Below, piece by piece: positions 45,224-58,079 of a stretch of DNA of 64,000 bases. The stretch is taken from assembly GCA_964016885.1 (NCBI GenBank), contig OZ024765.1:18042001-18106000 (forward strand). Direction: 5' to 3'. The DNA comes from Eledone cirrhosa (Eukaryota). The translations under genes were made by a program, and so were the position numbers. Positions within the stretch are counted from its first letter, which is position 1. The number at the start of each line of letters is the position of its first letter. The notes under the pieces were generated by a model. It saw nothing but the letters and a program-made list of their open reading frames with translations, did not search any database and was not told where the DNA came from.

Positions 45224-45830
45224 CAGGTCACCATTGGTGCTGCTGGTAGCATGTATCCCAGTACAACCTGTCTCATTGTCGGGTCGTTGGCGGCTAAACT
45301 GGCAACCCCACCAAGGTTTCTTGGTGAGGAGGGTGACTTTGGACATCCTGCAGGACTAAAAACAAAACCTGTCAAAGGGCAAAGGAGCTCTTAAGAGTCA
45401 ATGGCCATCCAAAATCACCGGGAGAGATGAACCCTTAGCCTTTGTCAAGGCAGAATTCTAGGAGAAAGAAAACTCTGATATAACACCTGCAACCCTGATG
45501 GTATCCAATGATGTTGACTTGTTCTTCTTTTTGGTAAATATCATCTTGGTTAAGAGAGTGGGACTGGCTTTGCGCAGTGCCTTTGCTCACCATAAAAGCT
45601 TCACGACACATGCATTGCTTTATATCTGGAGATCTCTCTGCACTTGTCGTCACATGGTGCCATGGGCCCAGCACTATGTGTCAATAATTGTCACAAGTGT
45701 AGTGTTTGTACCAGAGTTTACAAGTCGCTGGCTGGACTAAAATGTCACACTCGTTCAGCGCATCGGTAGGGGTTCTACTACATGGATATAAAGTAGTGGC
45801 CGTACTCGAAAACGAGTTGGCAGCCACCAT
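45223..45830 (+). mobile_element. Full-length ~600-bp non-autonomous retroposon (RTE-type 5'-UTR motifs, ATGT-like tail)
   Basis: Four copies in the window; 3' hairpin actcg aaaa cgagt; no long ORF. Confidence 0.85.
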
Positions 45831-45931
45831 ATGTATATGTACATATATGTATGTATATATCTCTCTATATATATATGCATTTATATATATATATATATGT
45901 ATATTATGTATGTATATATGTATATATCTAT

Positions 45932-46177
45932 CTAGGGCGGGTAAAATTCCCGAGATCCATGGACGAGTTCTCTCCAACAGTCTCTGTCCCTCATTATCGC
46001 TGCCATGTCCTGCGTCTCCAACAGACCAGTGTCTGTCCTCAGGGTATCAACATATGTCAACCTCAGTCTCCCTCTTCCAGTGTTTCCATGTAGGGACGCC
46101 CACGGGAGCACTGAGTGCAGTGTCAACTCTGGATGTCGGTGAACATCTCCAGCTAAACTGAGTCTCCGCTCTGTCAC
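45932..46177 (-). pseudogene. RTE-clade LINE 3' fragment
   Basis: [69 protein letters not shown]. Confidence 0.85.
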
Positions 46178-46251
46178 TTTTGAGCTGTTTATGTATGTAT
46201 GTATGTATATATGTATGTATGCATGTATATATATACATTATATATATATAC

Positions 46252-46313
<62 letters not shown>

Positions 46314-46385
46314 TCTATATATATATATGTCTGTATATATATGTATGTATATATATATAAATGTATGTATGTATAAGTATACATG

Positions 46386-46460
<75 letters not shown>

Positions 46461-46579
46461 GTGTGTGTATGTGTGTGTGTATATCTATATGTATATATGT
46501 ATATATATATATATGATATATATATATATATATGTGTCTGTGTGTATATCTATATGTATATATGTATATATATATGATA

Positions 46580-46671
<92 letters not shown>

Positions 46672-46853
46672 ATTATACATATAGATATATATGTATATAT
46701 ATATATATATATATACATATAGATATATGTATATATGTATGTATACATATATCTGTGCACGCATACATAAATAAATACTGTAAATACACATATGCACATA
46801 TGTACATATACATATGTATGTATGCACGCATATATACGCCAGCGCACACACAG

Positions 46854-46925
<72 letters not shown>

Positions 46926-47503
46926 GTGGGGGGGGGAAGTGCACCATGTCTTCTAAGGTTTCCGTTAATTTGACAATTAACGGTGCATTTGTAACTAAAC
47001 ATTAGTGCATCGCTGTAGTTTTTTTTCTTGCACGTAGCCTAAGTAATCCATATATACACACACCCATATATATATATATATACATGCATACATATATACA
47101 TATATATACATACATATGCATGCATATGCATACATACATATGCATACATACATATGCATACATATGCATACATACATTCATATATATGCATACATACGTT
47201 AATACATATGCATATATATATATTTATATATATAAATATATATATATGCATATATATATATTATATGCATATATATGTATATATGCATATATATGCATAT
47301 ATATAGTGTATATATATATATATATGCATATATATATATATATATATATATGCATATATGTATATATATGATTATATATATATATATATATGCATATATA
47401 TATATATATATGCATATATATATATATATATGCATATATATATATATGGATATATATATATATATGCATATATATATATATATGCATATATATATACATA
47501 TAT

Positions 47504-47567
<64 letters not shown>

Positions 47568-47735
47568 TATATACATAAATATATCCATATGTCTATATAT
47601 ATATTCATATATACATAAATATATACATATATATATATATATATTCATATATACATAAATATATATATATATATACATACATAGATATACATATATATAT
47701 ATACATACATATGCATACAGACATTCATAGATATC

Positions 47736-47793
<58 letters not shown>

Positions 47794-48128
47794 TGCAGAC
47801 AAATATATACATGGATACCTATATACATACATATCGTATATCATAGAAACATACATACCGGGAGGCCCACACACATACACTCACAGCACCCCACACTCGA
47901 AAAATATACACTTGCACTCAAATTGACTTCACACACATACATGCACACATCCGGATACCCACACACAATATATGCATATATACATATCCATATATACATA
48001 TCCATATATACATATCCATATATACATATCCATATATACATATCCATATATACATATTCATATATACATATTCATTTATACATATTCATATATACATATT
48101 CATATATACATTCATATATATAATTACG

Positions 48129-48297
<169 letters not shown>

Positions 48298-48364
48298 TTA
48301 CATACATAGCATTTTTAGCTTGTTAAATCCCAACAAAATAAATATAACCTCTGCATATATAAAT

Positions 48365-48409
<45 letters not shown>

Positions 48410-48412
<3 letters not shown>

Positions 48413-48602
48413 CGAAGGAATTGTGGTAAGGAACCAGGTGGACCATAACGCACCAGAGTACTCAATACTTAGGGTAGTAGAGTGGGTAATAGGAAAATGT
48501 TTGACCCCGACGGCAGAGCTCAAGCCGTTTCGACGGCTATTTCTCGATTCCAGAAATGGCCCCCAAAACGGCTTTAGCTCTGCCGTCGGCGTCATACATT
48601 TT

Positions 48603-48607
<5 letters not shown>
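48410..48607. mobile_element. GC-rich fold-back family copy
   Basis: taggaaaatg...cattttccta arms at 48489-48607; left part shared with 28228-28310. Confidence 0.8.
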
Positions 48608-48671
<64 letters not shown>

Positions 48672-48675
<4 letters not shown>

Positions 48676-48756
48676 TCTACAGGACTAGAACTGTTTCATT
48701 CTTTAGAAATCATGATGATTTCTAAAGAATGAAACAGTTCTAGTCCTGTAGAATCT
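48672..48756. repeat. Perfect palindrome centred in a truncated hammerhead core
   Basis: agattctacaggactagaactgtttcattctttagaaatcat-g-atgatttctaaagaatgaaacagttctagtcctgtagaatct. Confidence 0.9.
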
Positions 48757-48838
48757 CATCTATATTAAAACGTTTATACTCCGCTATGTATTGAGTACCT
48801 TACTTACTGTGGTTACCTCCGATTCAACCCGGAATAAC

Positions 48839-48879
<41 letters not shown>

Positions 48880-49024
48880 AATGTATAATAAACAATACAA
48901 TATAATTACCTCATTACCAGAGGTTTCCCGAATAAGACGAATACAAGAAACGTCCGCATTCGTTCGTCAGACAAGGCAATTTTATATATATGACTTTTTC
49001 AACTTTCAACGGAAACTTCAATAG

Positions 49025-49067
<43 letters not shown>

Positions 49068-49070
<3 letters not shown>

Positions 49071-49419
49071 GATATTAAACAAATGGAAACTACATTTATA
49101 AAACCATATTTATTTCATTATATATATTTCAGGGATATCATATTAAAAATATGGTATGCCCTCTTCAGACAATATACAATATATAAACAGTTTTATAAAT
49201 AAATTTGACATACCTTAAACTTTACAACTTCCATTTAAAAAGTTGTTTTTAAATGGAAGTTGTAAAGTTTAAGGTATGTCAAATTTATTTATAAAACTGT
49301 TTATATATTGTATATTGTCTGAAGAGGGCATACCATATTTTTAATATGATATCCCTGAAATATATATAATGAAATATATATGGTTTTATAAATGTAGTTT
49401 CCATTTGTTTAATATCGTA
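49068..49419. ncRNA. Near-perfect palindrome with a hammerhead on each strand (49111-49176 -, 49311-49376 +)
   Basis: ~174-bp arms, 4-nt loop gttg; CTGAAGA-gggcataccatatt..aatatgatatccct-GAAA-tatat-ATA. Confidence 0.8.
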
Positions 49420-49504
49420 AATATACTCCAAAACTTGTTGAGTGCTTTTATATCAGTTATAAAATATTTACTCGTTGTAACCCAACAATTTTAAATAAAA
49501 CTTT

Positions 49505-49573
<69 letters not shown>

Positions 49574-49840
49574 GTGGAGGTACGTGGCCTAGTGGCAACG
49601 GTGTTGAACTTACGATCACAATGTCGTTATGTTCGATTCCTGGGTTGTGTGTTGTGTTCTTGAGCAAAACACTTCATTTCACGTTGCTCCTGTAAACTCA
49701 GCTGAAAATGAGTACCAGTGGTAGCTGAAGGTTTAACCCTGTGATGGACTGGTGTCCTGTCCAGCGGGAAGTTTTGTACTGACTGTCACTTCACGCCATG
49801 AAACCGGCCAAATGAGCCTTCTGGCTTAAGGCAGACTTTA
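49574..49840 (+). mobile_element. Full-length CORE-type tRNA SINE
   Basis: A box tggcctagtgg, B box gttcgattcc, CORE-like gtgttcttgagcaaaacactt, tail gatggactggtgtcctgtccag...gaaaccgg...agacttta. Confidence 0.75.
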
Positions 49841-49964
49841 TATATATTTATATATATATTACACGTTTTCCACATTCCTTATACTCCGATGATTCCAGAC
49901 TTCCCTCTGGAAGAAACAATTGTCAGCTAATAAATGTTCTAAACTAAAATTTGGACGTTATAAC

Positions 49965-50005
<41 letters not shown>

Positions 50006-50092
50006 GAGGATTCCCTTATGATTTCCTTCGAATGAAACAGTTCTAGTCTTGTATAAACCCTTTTGTATGTTCAACAATCTGTTGTATACCCC

Positions 50093-50146
<54 letters not shown>

Positions 50147-50256
50147 GTGTGTGTGTGTGTGTGAGTGTGTGAGTCCCGGGAGCAATCGGGGGTAACCACA
50201 ATAAGGTTATATATGTATATATATATGTATATATATGTATATATATGTATATGTAT

Positions 50257-50288
<32 letters not shown>

Positions 50289-50352
50289 GTATATCTGTAT
50301 ATATATATGTATCTATATATATGTATATATGTATCTATATATATATATATGC

Positions 50353-50555
50353 AGAAAGTGAAAGATTGAAGAGTAACATGGTCGGCTGTACAGTATTCTG
50401 AGGATTTCATCAGAGGTAAACATTGTATTTAAGGTCGAGTGACGCAACTTCGAGTGATTAGCGGCCTTTAGACTCACCTGATCAATGAAACAATTGTTAA
50501 AACTTGAAATAAAGTCCCTTGTACAGCCGACCATATTACTATTCAATCTTTCACT
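50353..50555 (+). ncRNA. Hammerhead-like motif with a large stem II (50393-50503) enclosed by ~37-bp inverted arms
   Basis: gtatt-CTGAGGA-..atcagaggt...acctgat..-GAAACAATT-GTT-aaaac. Confidence 0.55.
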
Positions 50556-51707
50556 ATTATTACTCCATAGGAATTCTCACAACCTCGCGACCTAACTATG
50601 GAAACATCTTGTCGAGACAAACAAAGCCGTACGTTAAAACTATCCACGGGACAGAATACTCACAACCTCTAACTGGATTTCCTATAACGATAACTTGTTA
50701 TCCCATATACATGCACATATAAATTCATATCATACATTGAGTTATAAACTCAAAATAGTCTTTTACAATTAAATAGCTCAAAGAAAGGAATCCTTCTGAG
50801 CCGTGTAATATAATTGGATATATGAGAGGGTTGAACACAGATACAAGTATACACGTGTTCCGATTGCAAATGAGCAAGTTAGCTAGGTTGAAAAATACTA
50901 ATTTAAAACAATATGGTTTGCCTGTCTCGATTTAAAGTAATAAATCAATAAAAATAACAAACCTATTACAGGCAAATAGCCTTTGATACCCGGACAGACC
51001 AAAATCTGTTCCGTAAAAATTATTAAGTGAAAGCCAGAATTCCTGTGCTCATCTGCGGGTGTCCAGGAAAATTCGTACCTTTCACTTCAAAGGATCTAAG
51101 AAGACTGGACGAAGTGCTGATATAAACGCACGTGTCGCAGCGCCTAGCGCGCCTCATACTCATGCCGCTAAAAATAGCAGCTGGGTTTATGAGACTAAGG
51201 GTAGCTCTACATACGGAGCCGAATATATCATAGATTGAGTTATAAATTCATATATATATATACAGTATATACACATATTCATATATATATATGGTGTGTG
51301 TATGTTTATGCATGTGTGTGCGTGTGAGTATGTATATGCATTCGTCAGCAGGTGTTGCTGCGTGTGTATGTATATGTATTCGTCTACATGTACCTGTATG
51401 TGTGTATGTATATTCAATCGTTTACGTGTGCCTGTGTATATGAGTGTGTGTGTATGTGTATGCATTCGTCTTCATGTACCTATGTGTGTGTACGTATATG
51501 CATTCGTCTATACGTGTATGTATATGTATTCGTCTACATGTACCTGTGTGTGTGTGTATATATGTATTTGTTTATACGTGTATATATATATATATATTTG
51601 TCTATACATGTATGTATATATGTATTTCTCTATACGTGTATATATATATATATATATATTTGTCTATACATGTATGTATATATATATATATACATATACA
51701 TATATAC

Positions 51708-51794
<87 letters not shown>

Positions 51795-51809
51795 TACATA
51801 TATACACAC

Positions 51810-51840
<31 letters not shown>

Positions 51841-51904
51841 TACACGCTATTACTTCGTACATAAATGACTTCATACTTCCGTTTGATATTGTCAGAACTA
51901 TTAT

Positions 51905-53001
51905 CGATATCATTGTCATCATCATCATCATCATTGTCACCACCGTCACCACCAGCAGCATCATCATCATCACCACCAGCACCACTGTCATCATCATTGT
52001 CGTCACCATCTTTGTCATTGTCGTCATCGTTCAGCATCGCCGTCATCGCCGTCATCATTGTCAACATCACCGCTATCACCACCATCATCATCACCAACAC
52101 CATCACCACCAACACCATCACCACCAACATCATCACCATCACCATCATCATCACCATCATCACCATCATCACCATCATCACCATCATCATCACCATCACC
52201 ACCATCATCATCACCATCATCACCATCATCACCATCATCACCATCACCATCACCATCACCACCATCACCATCACCACCATCACCACCACCATCATCATCA
52301 CCATCATCACCACCATCATCACCATCATCACCCCCATCACCCCCATCACCATCATCACCATCATCACCCCCATCACCATCATCACCATCACCATCATCAC
52401 CACCAACGCCATCATCATCATCATCACCAACACCATCACCATCACCACCATCATCACCATCATCACCATCATCACCATAGCCATCACCATCACCATCATC
52501 ACCATCATCACCATCACCAACACCATCACCACCAACATCATCATCATCACCATCATCATCACTACCATCATCATCACCATCATCATCACCACCATCATCA
52601 CCATCACCATCATCACCATCACCAACACCATCACCACCATCATCATCATCATCACCATCATCATCACCATCATCACCATCACCAACATCATCATCACCAT
52701 CACCAACACCAACACCATCACCACCATCATCATCACCAACACCATCACCATCATCACCATCACCAACACCATCACCACCATCATCATCATCATCACCACC
52801 ATCACCAACATCATCATCACCATCACCAACACCAACACCATCACCACCATCATCATCACCAACACCATCACCATCATCACCATCACCAACACCATCACCA
52901 CCATCATCATCATCATCACCATCATCATCACCATCACCACCACCATCATCATCATCACCATCACCATCATCATCACCATCACCATCACCATCATCATCAT
53001 C
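51905..53001. repeat. (CAT)n/(CAC)n degenerate trinucleotide tract
   Basis: Direct reading. Confidence 0.95.
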
Positions 53002-53164
53002 GTGGCCATCATGGGCCCATTCTGAAGGCGCATCTGTAGATTTGAGGACAACCGAGACAGGGCTCTTGCCCTTAAGTTCGTAGTACCCTTGATTTTATAT
53101 GTTTCTATGAGGGGACCACGAACCCTCTTCTCCCTATTGAGGAATTCCCATTATTAAAGTGTTG

Positions 53165-54120
53165 GCGGTTGATTGGCATAATCAGTAGTGCGTCGGACAC
53201 GATACTTCACGGCATAGAGTTATGGCTCTTTACGTTATGTGTTCAAATCCCGCCGAGGTTAGCCCAGCCTCTCATCCATACGGAGTCGATATATCAAGCA
53301 CCAGTAATGCACTGGGGTCCTTTTAATCGACTTTCCCCATCGAATACAGATTGCTGGTCTTGAGCCTAAAGTAGGAACAATTATTAAAGTGAATTGGCAG
53401 TATTGCTAGGGGGTCGGACGCCATGCTTTGCAGCATAGAGTTACGGCCCTTTACGGTCTGAGTTCAAATCCCGCCGAGGTTAACTTTGCCTTTAATCCTT
53501 ACGGGGTCGATAAAATAAAGTACCAGTAATACACTGGGATAATTGCTGGTCTTGAGCCAAAAGTAGGAACAATTATTAAAGTGAATTGGCAGTATTGCTA
53601 GGGGGTCGGACGCCATGCTTTGCAGCATAGAGTTACGGCCCTTTACGGTCTGAGTTCAAATCCCGCCGAGGTTAACTTTGCCTTTAATCCTTACGGGGTC
53701 GATAAAATAAAGTACCAGTAATACACTGGAGTAATTGCTGGTCTTGAGCCAAAAGTAGGAACAATTATTAAAGTGAATTGGCAGTATTGCTAGGGGGTCG
53801 GACGCCATGCTTTGCAGCATAGAGTTACGGCCCTTTACGGTCTGAGTTCAAATCCCGCCGAGGTTAACTTTGCCTTTAATCCTTACGGGGTCGATAAAAT
53901 AAAGTACCAGTAATACACTGGGATAATTGCTGGTCTTGAGCCAAAAGTAGGAACAATTATTAAAGTGAATTGGCAGTATTGCTAGGGGGTCGGACGCCAT
54001 GCTTTGCAGCATAGAGTTACGGCCCTTTACGGTCTGAGTTCAAATCCCGCCGAGGTTAACTTTGCCGTTCATCTTTACGGGGTCGATAAAATCAAGTGCC
54101 AAAAGTAGAAACAATTATTA
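53165..54120 (+). mobile_element. Head-to-tail array of five Meta-like SINEs (192-bp period for the last four)
   Basis: gtgaattggcagtattgc at 53389, 53581, 53773 and 53965. Confidence 0.9.
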
Positions 54121-54182
54121 AAGATTTTTTGTTGATGTTACTTTTATTATTATTAGTGTAAAACCTATTTACACCCCCACTA

Positions 54183-54700
54183 TTAGGGTTAGGGTCTGGG
54201 TTAGGTTAGGGTATGGGTTAGGGTTAGGGTATGGGTTAGGGTTAGGGTATGGGTTAGGGTATGGGTTCGGGTATGGGTTCGAGTATGGGTTAGGGTATGG
54301 GTTCGGGTTAGGGTATGGGTTCGAGTATGGGTTAGGGTATGGGTTCGGGTTAGGGTATGGGTTCGAGTATGGGTTAGGGTCTGGGTTAGGGTTAGGGTAT
54401 GGGTTAGGGTTAGGGTCTGGGTTCGGGTTAGGGTATGGGTTAGGGTTATGGTCTGGGTTAGGGTTAGGGTCTGAGTTAGGGTTAGGGTATGGGTTTGGGT
54501 TCGGGTTAGGGTATGTGTTAGGGTCTGGGTTAGGGTCCTTGTTAGGGTTAGGACCTGGGTTAGGGCATGGGTTAGGGTTAGGATTAGCGTCTGAGTTAGG
54601 GTCTGGGATCGGGTTAGGGTATGGTTTAGGGTTAGGGTTAGAGTCTGGGTTAGGGTGAGGGTCTGGGTCTGGGTTAGGGTTAGTGTTAGGGTCTGGGTCT
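54183..54700 (+). repeat. Interstitial telomere-like (TTAGGG)n with variant hexamers
   Basis: ttaggg interspersed with tatggg, tctggg and ttcggg in strict 6-bp phase. Confidence 0.9.
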
Positions 54701-54769
54701 ACCCCTTGGTCTCCTGTCCGTTGGATTTGCGCGTACAATCTGTCAAACGATTCATTCGTGAGACATCCT

Positions 54770-54918
54770 CACCCCATGTCTGTAGTATTGCAGCTCTTAG
54801 ATGTTTGTTTTGTCCTTCGTGTTTCCAGGGTCGATAAAATACTGTACCAGTAACGTACTGGGGTGATTGATCGACTATCCCCTTCCCCTTTCAAATTGCT
54901 GGCCTTGTGCCAAAAATA
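54770..54918 (+). mobile_element. Diverged Meta-like SINE 3' part
   Basis: gggtcgataaaatactgtaccagtaacgtactggggtgattgatcgact...aattgctggccttgtgccaaaa. Confidence 0.75.
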
Positions 54919-54939
54919 CAAACGGCTCAACAGTCCCAC

Positions 54940-56432
54940 AATCACAACCACCACCACTACCACAACCAACAACAACACCACCACCACCACCATCAACACC
55001 ACCAACACCACCATCAAGACCACCAACACCACCAGCACACCACCACCACCACGACGACCACCTAAAACCAACACCACCAGCACCACCACTACCACCACCA
55101 CAACCAACACCATCATACCACCACCACTATACCACTACACCACCACCACCACCAACACCACCACCTACTCACACCACCATCACCACACAACCACAACACT
55201 GCCGCCACCACTACCACCACCACTACACCACCACCACCACCACTACCATCACCACCACCACCAACACCACCACCACTACTACTACCACCACTACCACCAC
55301 CACTACACCACCACCACCACCACCACCGCTACTATCACCACCACCAAACCAACACAACTACCACTACGACCACCGGCACTACACCACAAACACCAGTACC
55401 ACCACCACCACCACTACCACCACCACCACCACCACTACCACCACAACTACCACCGCTACCACCACCACTACCACCAACCACCACTACCTCCACCACTACA
55501 CCACTACCACCAACCACTACCACCACCACTACCACCAACCACCACTACCTCCAACCACCACTACCTCCACCACCACTACCACTACCACCACTACCACCGC
55601 CACTACACCACCGCTACCATCACCACCACCAAACCACCACAACTACCACTACGACCACCGGCACTACACCACAAACACCAGCACCACCACCACCACCACT
55701 ACCACCACCACCACCACCACTACCACCACCACCACAACTACGACCGCTACCACCACCACTACCACCAACCACCACTACCTCCACCATTACACTACCACCA
55801 ACCACCACTACCACCAACCACCACTACCTCCACCACCACCACCACTACCAGCACCACCAGCACCACCACCACCACCTCCACCACTACCACCACCACCACC
55901 TCCACCACTACCACCACCACCACCACCACCATTACCACCACCACCACTAACCACCACCTCCACCACACCACCACAACCACCACCACCACCACTACCACCA
56001 ACCACCACTACCACCAACCACCACTACCACCACCACTACCACCAACCACCACTACCTCCACCACTACACCACAAACACCAGCACCACCACCACCACCACT
56101 ACCACACCACCACCACCACTACCTCCACCACTACCACCACCACCACCATTACCACCACCACCACCACTACCACCACCTCCACCACTACCACCAACCACCA
56201 CTACCTCCACCACTACACCACAAACACCACCACCACCACTACCACCACCACCACCACCACCACCACCACCACCACTACCACACCACCACCACCACCACCA
56301 CCACTACCACCACCACCACCACCACCACCACTACCACACCACCACCACCACCACCACCACCACCACCACCACCACCACTACCACCACCATTACCACCACT
56401 ACCACACCACCACCACCACCACCACACCACAA
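54940..56432. repeat. C-rich (CAC)n/(TAC)n degenerate tract
   Basis: Direct reading. Confidence 0.95.
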
Positions 56433-56534
56433 CTGACCGTCCGAACATCGTCCAATCCACCAGTAGAAGATGGATGCCTGGATACTGGCTGCTGCTGCTC
56501 TTGCCGCTACTGCTGCTACTGCTGCTGCCTGGGC

Positions 56535-58060
56535 TGCTGGTGCTGGTGGGGGGGGGGGGGGGTTGTAGTGTTGTTGGTGGTTGTGGTGGTGGTTGTGGTG
56601 TTGGCAATGGTAGTGGTTGAGGTGGTGGTTGTGGTTGTGGTGTTTGGTGGTTGTGGTTGTAGTGGTGGTGGTGTGGTGTTGGCAATGGTAGTGGTTGTGG
56701 TGGTGGTTGTGATTGTGGTTGTGGTGTTTGGTGGTTGTGGTGTTGGCAATGGTAGTGGTGTTGGTGGTTGTGTTGGTTGTGGTGGTGGTGCTGGTTGTGG
56801 TTGTGGTGTTGGTTGTGGTTGTGGTGTTGGCAATGGTAGTGGTTGTGATGCTGGTTGTGGTGGTGGTTGTGGTGCTGGTTGTGGTGGTCGTTGTGGTGCT
56901 GGTTGTGGTTGTTGTGGTGTTTGGTGGTCGTGGTGTTGGCAATGGTAGTGGTGTTCGTGGTGGTGTTGGTAGACGTTGTTGTAGTGGTTGTGGTGGTGGT
57001 TGTGGTGCTGGGTGTGGTTGTGGTGCTGGTTGTGGCGGTGGTGTTGGCAATCGTAGTGGTGGTGGTTGTGGTTGTGGTGCTGGTTGTAGTTGTGGTGCTG
57101 GTTGTGTTGGTGGTGGTGGTGTTGGTAGACGTTGTTGTGGTGGTTATGGTGGTGGTTGTGGTTGTGATGGTGGTTGTGGTTGTACTGTGTTGGTGGTGGT
57201 TGTGGTTGTAGTACTGGTTGTGGTGTTGGTGGTGGTTGTGGTGTTGGTTGTAGTTGTGGTGCTGGTTGTGGTTGTGGTGCTGGTTGTGGTGTTGGTGGCA
57301 GTTGTGGTGTTGTTGGTGGTTGAGGTGCTGGTGGTGGTTGTGGTGTTGGTGGCAGTTGTGGTGTTGGTAGTGGTTGTGGTGTTGGTGGTGGTTGTGATGT
57401 TGATGGTGGTTGTGGTGTTGGTGGTGGTTGTGTTGTTTGTTACGGTGTTGGTGGTGGTTGTGGTGTTGGTGATGATTGTGGTGTTGATGGTGGTTGTGGT
57501 GTTGGTGGTGGTTGTGGTGTTGGTGGTGGTTGTGGTGTTGGTGGTGGTTGTGGTGTTGGTGGTGGTTGTGTTGTTTGTTACGGTGTTGGTGGTGGTTGTG
57601 GTGTTGGTGATGATTGTGGTGTTGATGGTGGTTGTGGTGTTGGTGGTGGTTGTGGTGTTGGTGGTGGTTGTGGTGTTGGTGGTGGTTGTTGTGTTGGTGA
57701 TGGTTGTGATGTTGGTGGTTTTGATGTTGGTGGTTTTGATGTTTGTGGTGTTGGTGGTTGTGGTGTTGGTGGTAGTTGTGGTGTTTTTGGTGATTGTGGT
57801 GTTAGTGGTGGGTGTGGTGTTGGTCATAGTTGTAGTGTTGGTGATGGTGTTGGTGTTGGTTATGATGGTGGCTGTGCTGTTGGTGGTGGTGTGGGTGTTG
57901 GTTGTGATGGTGGCTGTGCTGTTGGTGGTGGTGTGGGTGTTGGTTGTGATGGTGTAGGTGGTGTTGGTGGTGATATTTGTAATGGTGGTGGTGGTGTTGG
58001 TGGTGATATTTGGGATGATGGTGGTGGTTGTAGTGATGGTGGTGGTGGTGGTGCTGGTGC
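56535..58060. repeat. G-rich (GGT)n/(TGT)n degenerate tract
   Basis: Direct reading. Confidence 0.95.
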
Positions 58061-58079
58061 TGGTGGTCGTGGTGGTGCT

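Noticed and set aside
49574-49650. tRNA gene
   Set aside because: A/B boxes run directly into CORE-like and tail sequence with no proper acceptor stem; it is a SINE head
51444-53051. Poly-His or Asp/Gly-rich protein ORFs
   Set aside because: (CAT/CAC)n tract open in many frames; the upstream part is TA microsatellite
54169-54738. PNP-repeat ORF resembling circumsporozoite-type repeats
   Set aside because: Translation of the (CCCTAA)n telomere-like strand
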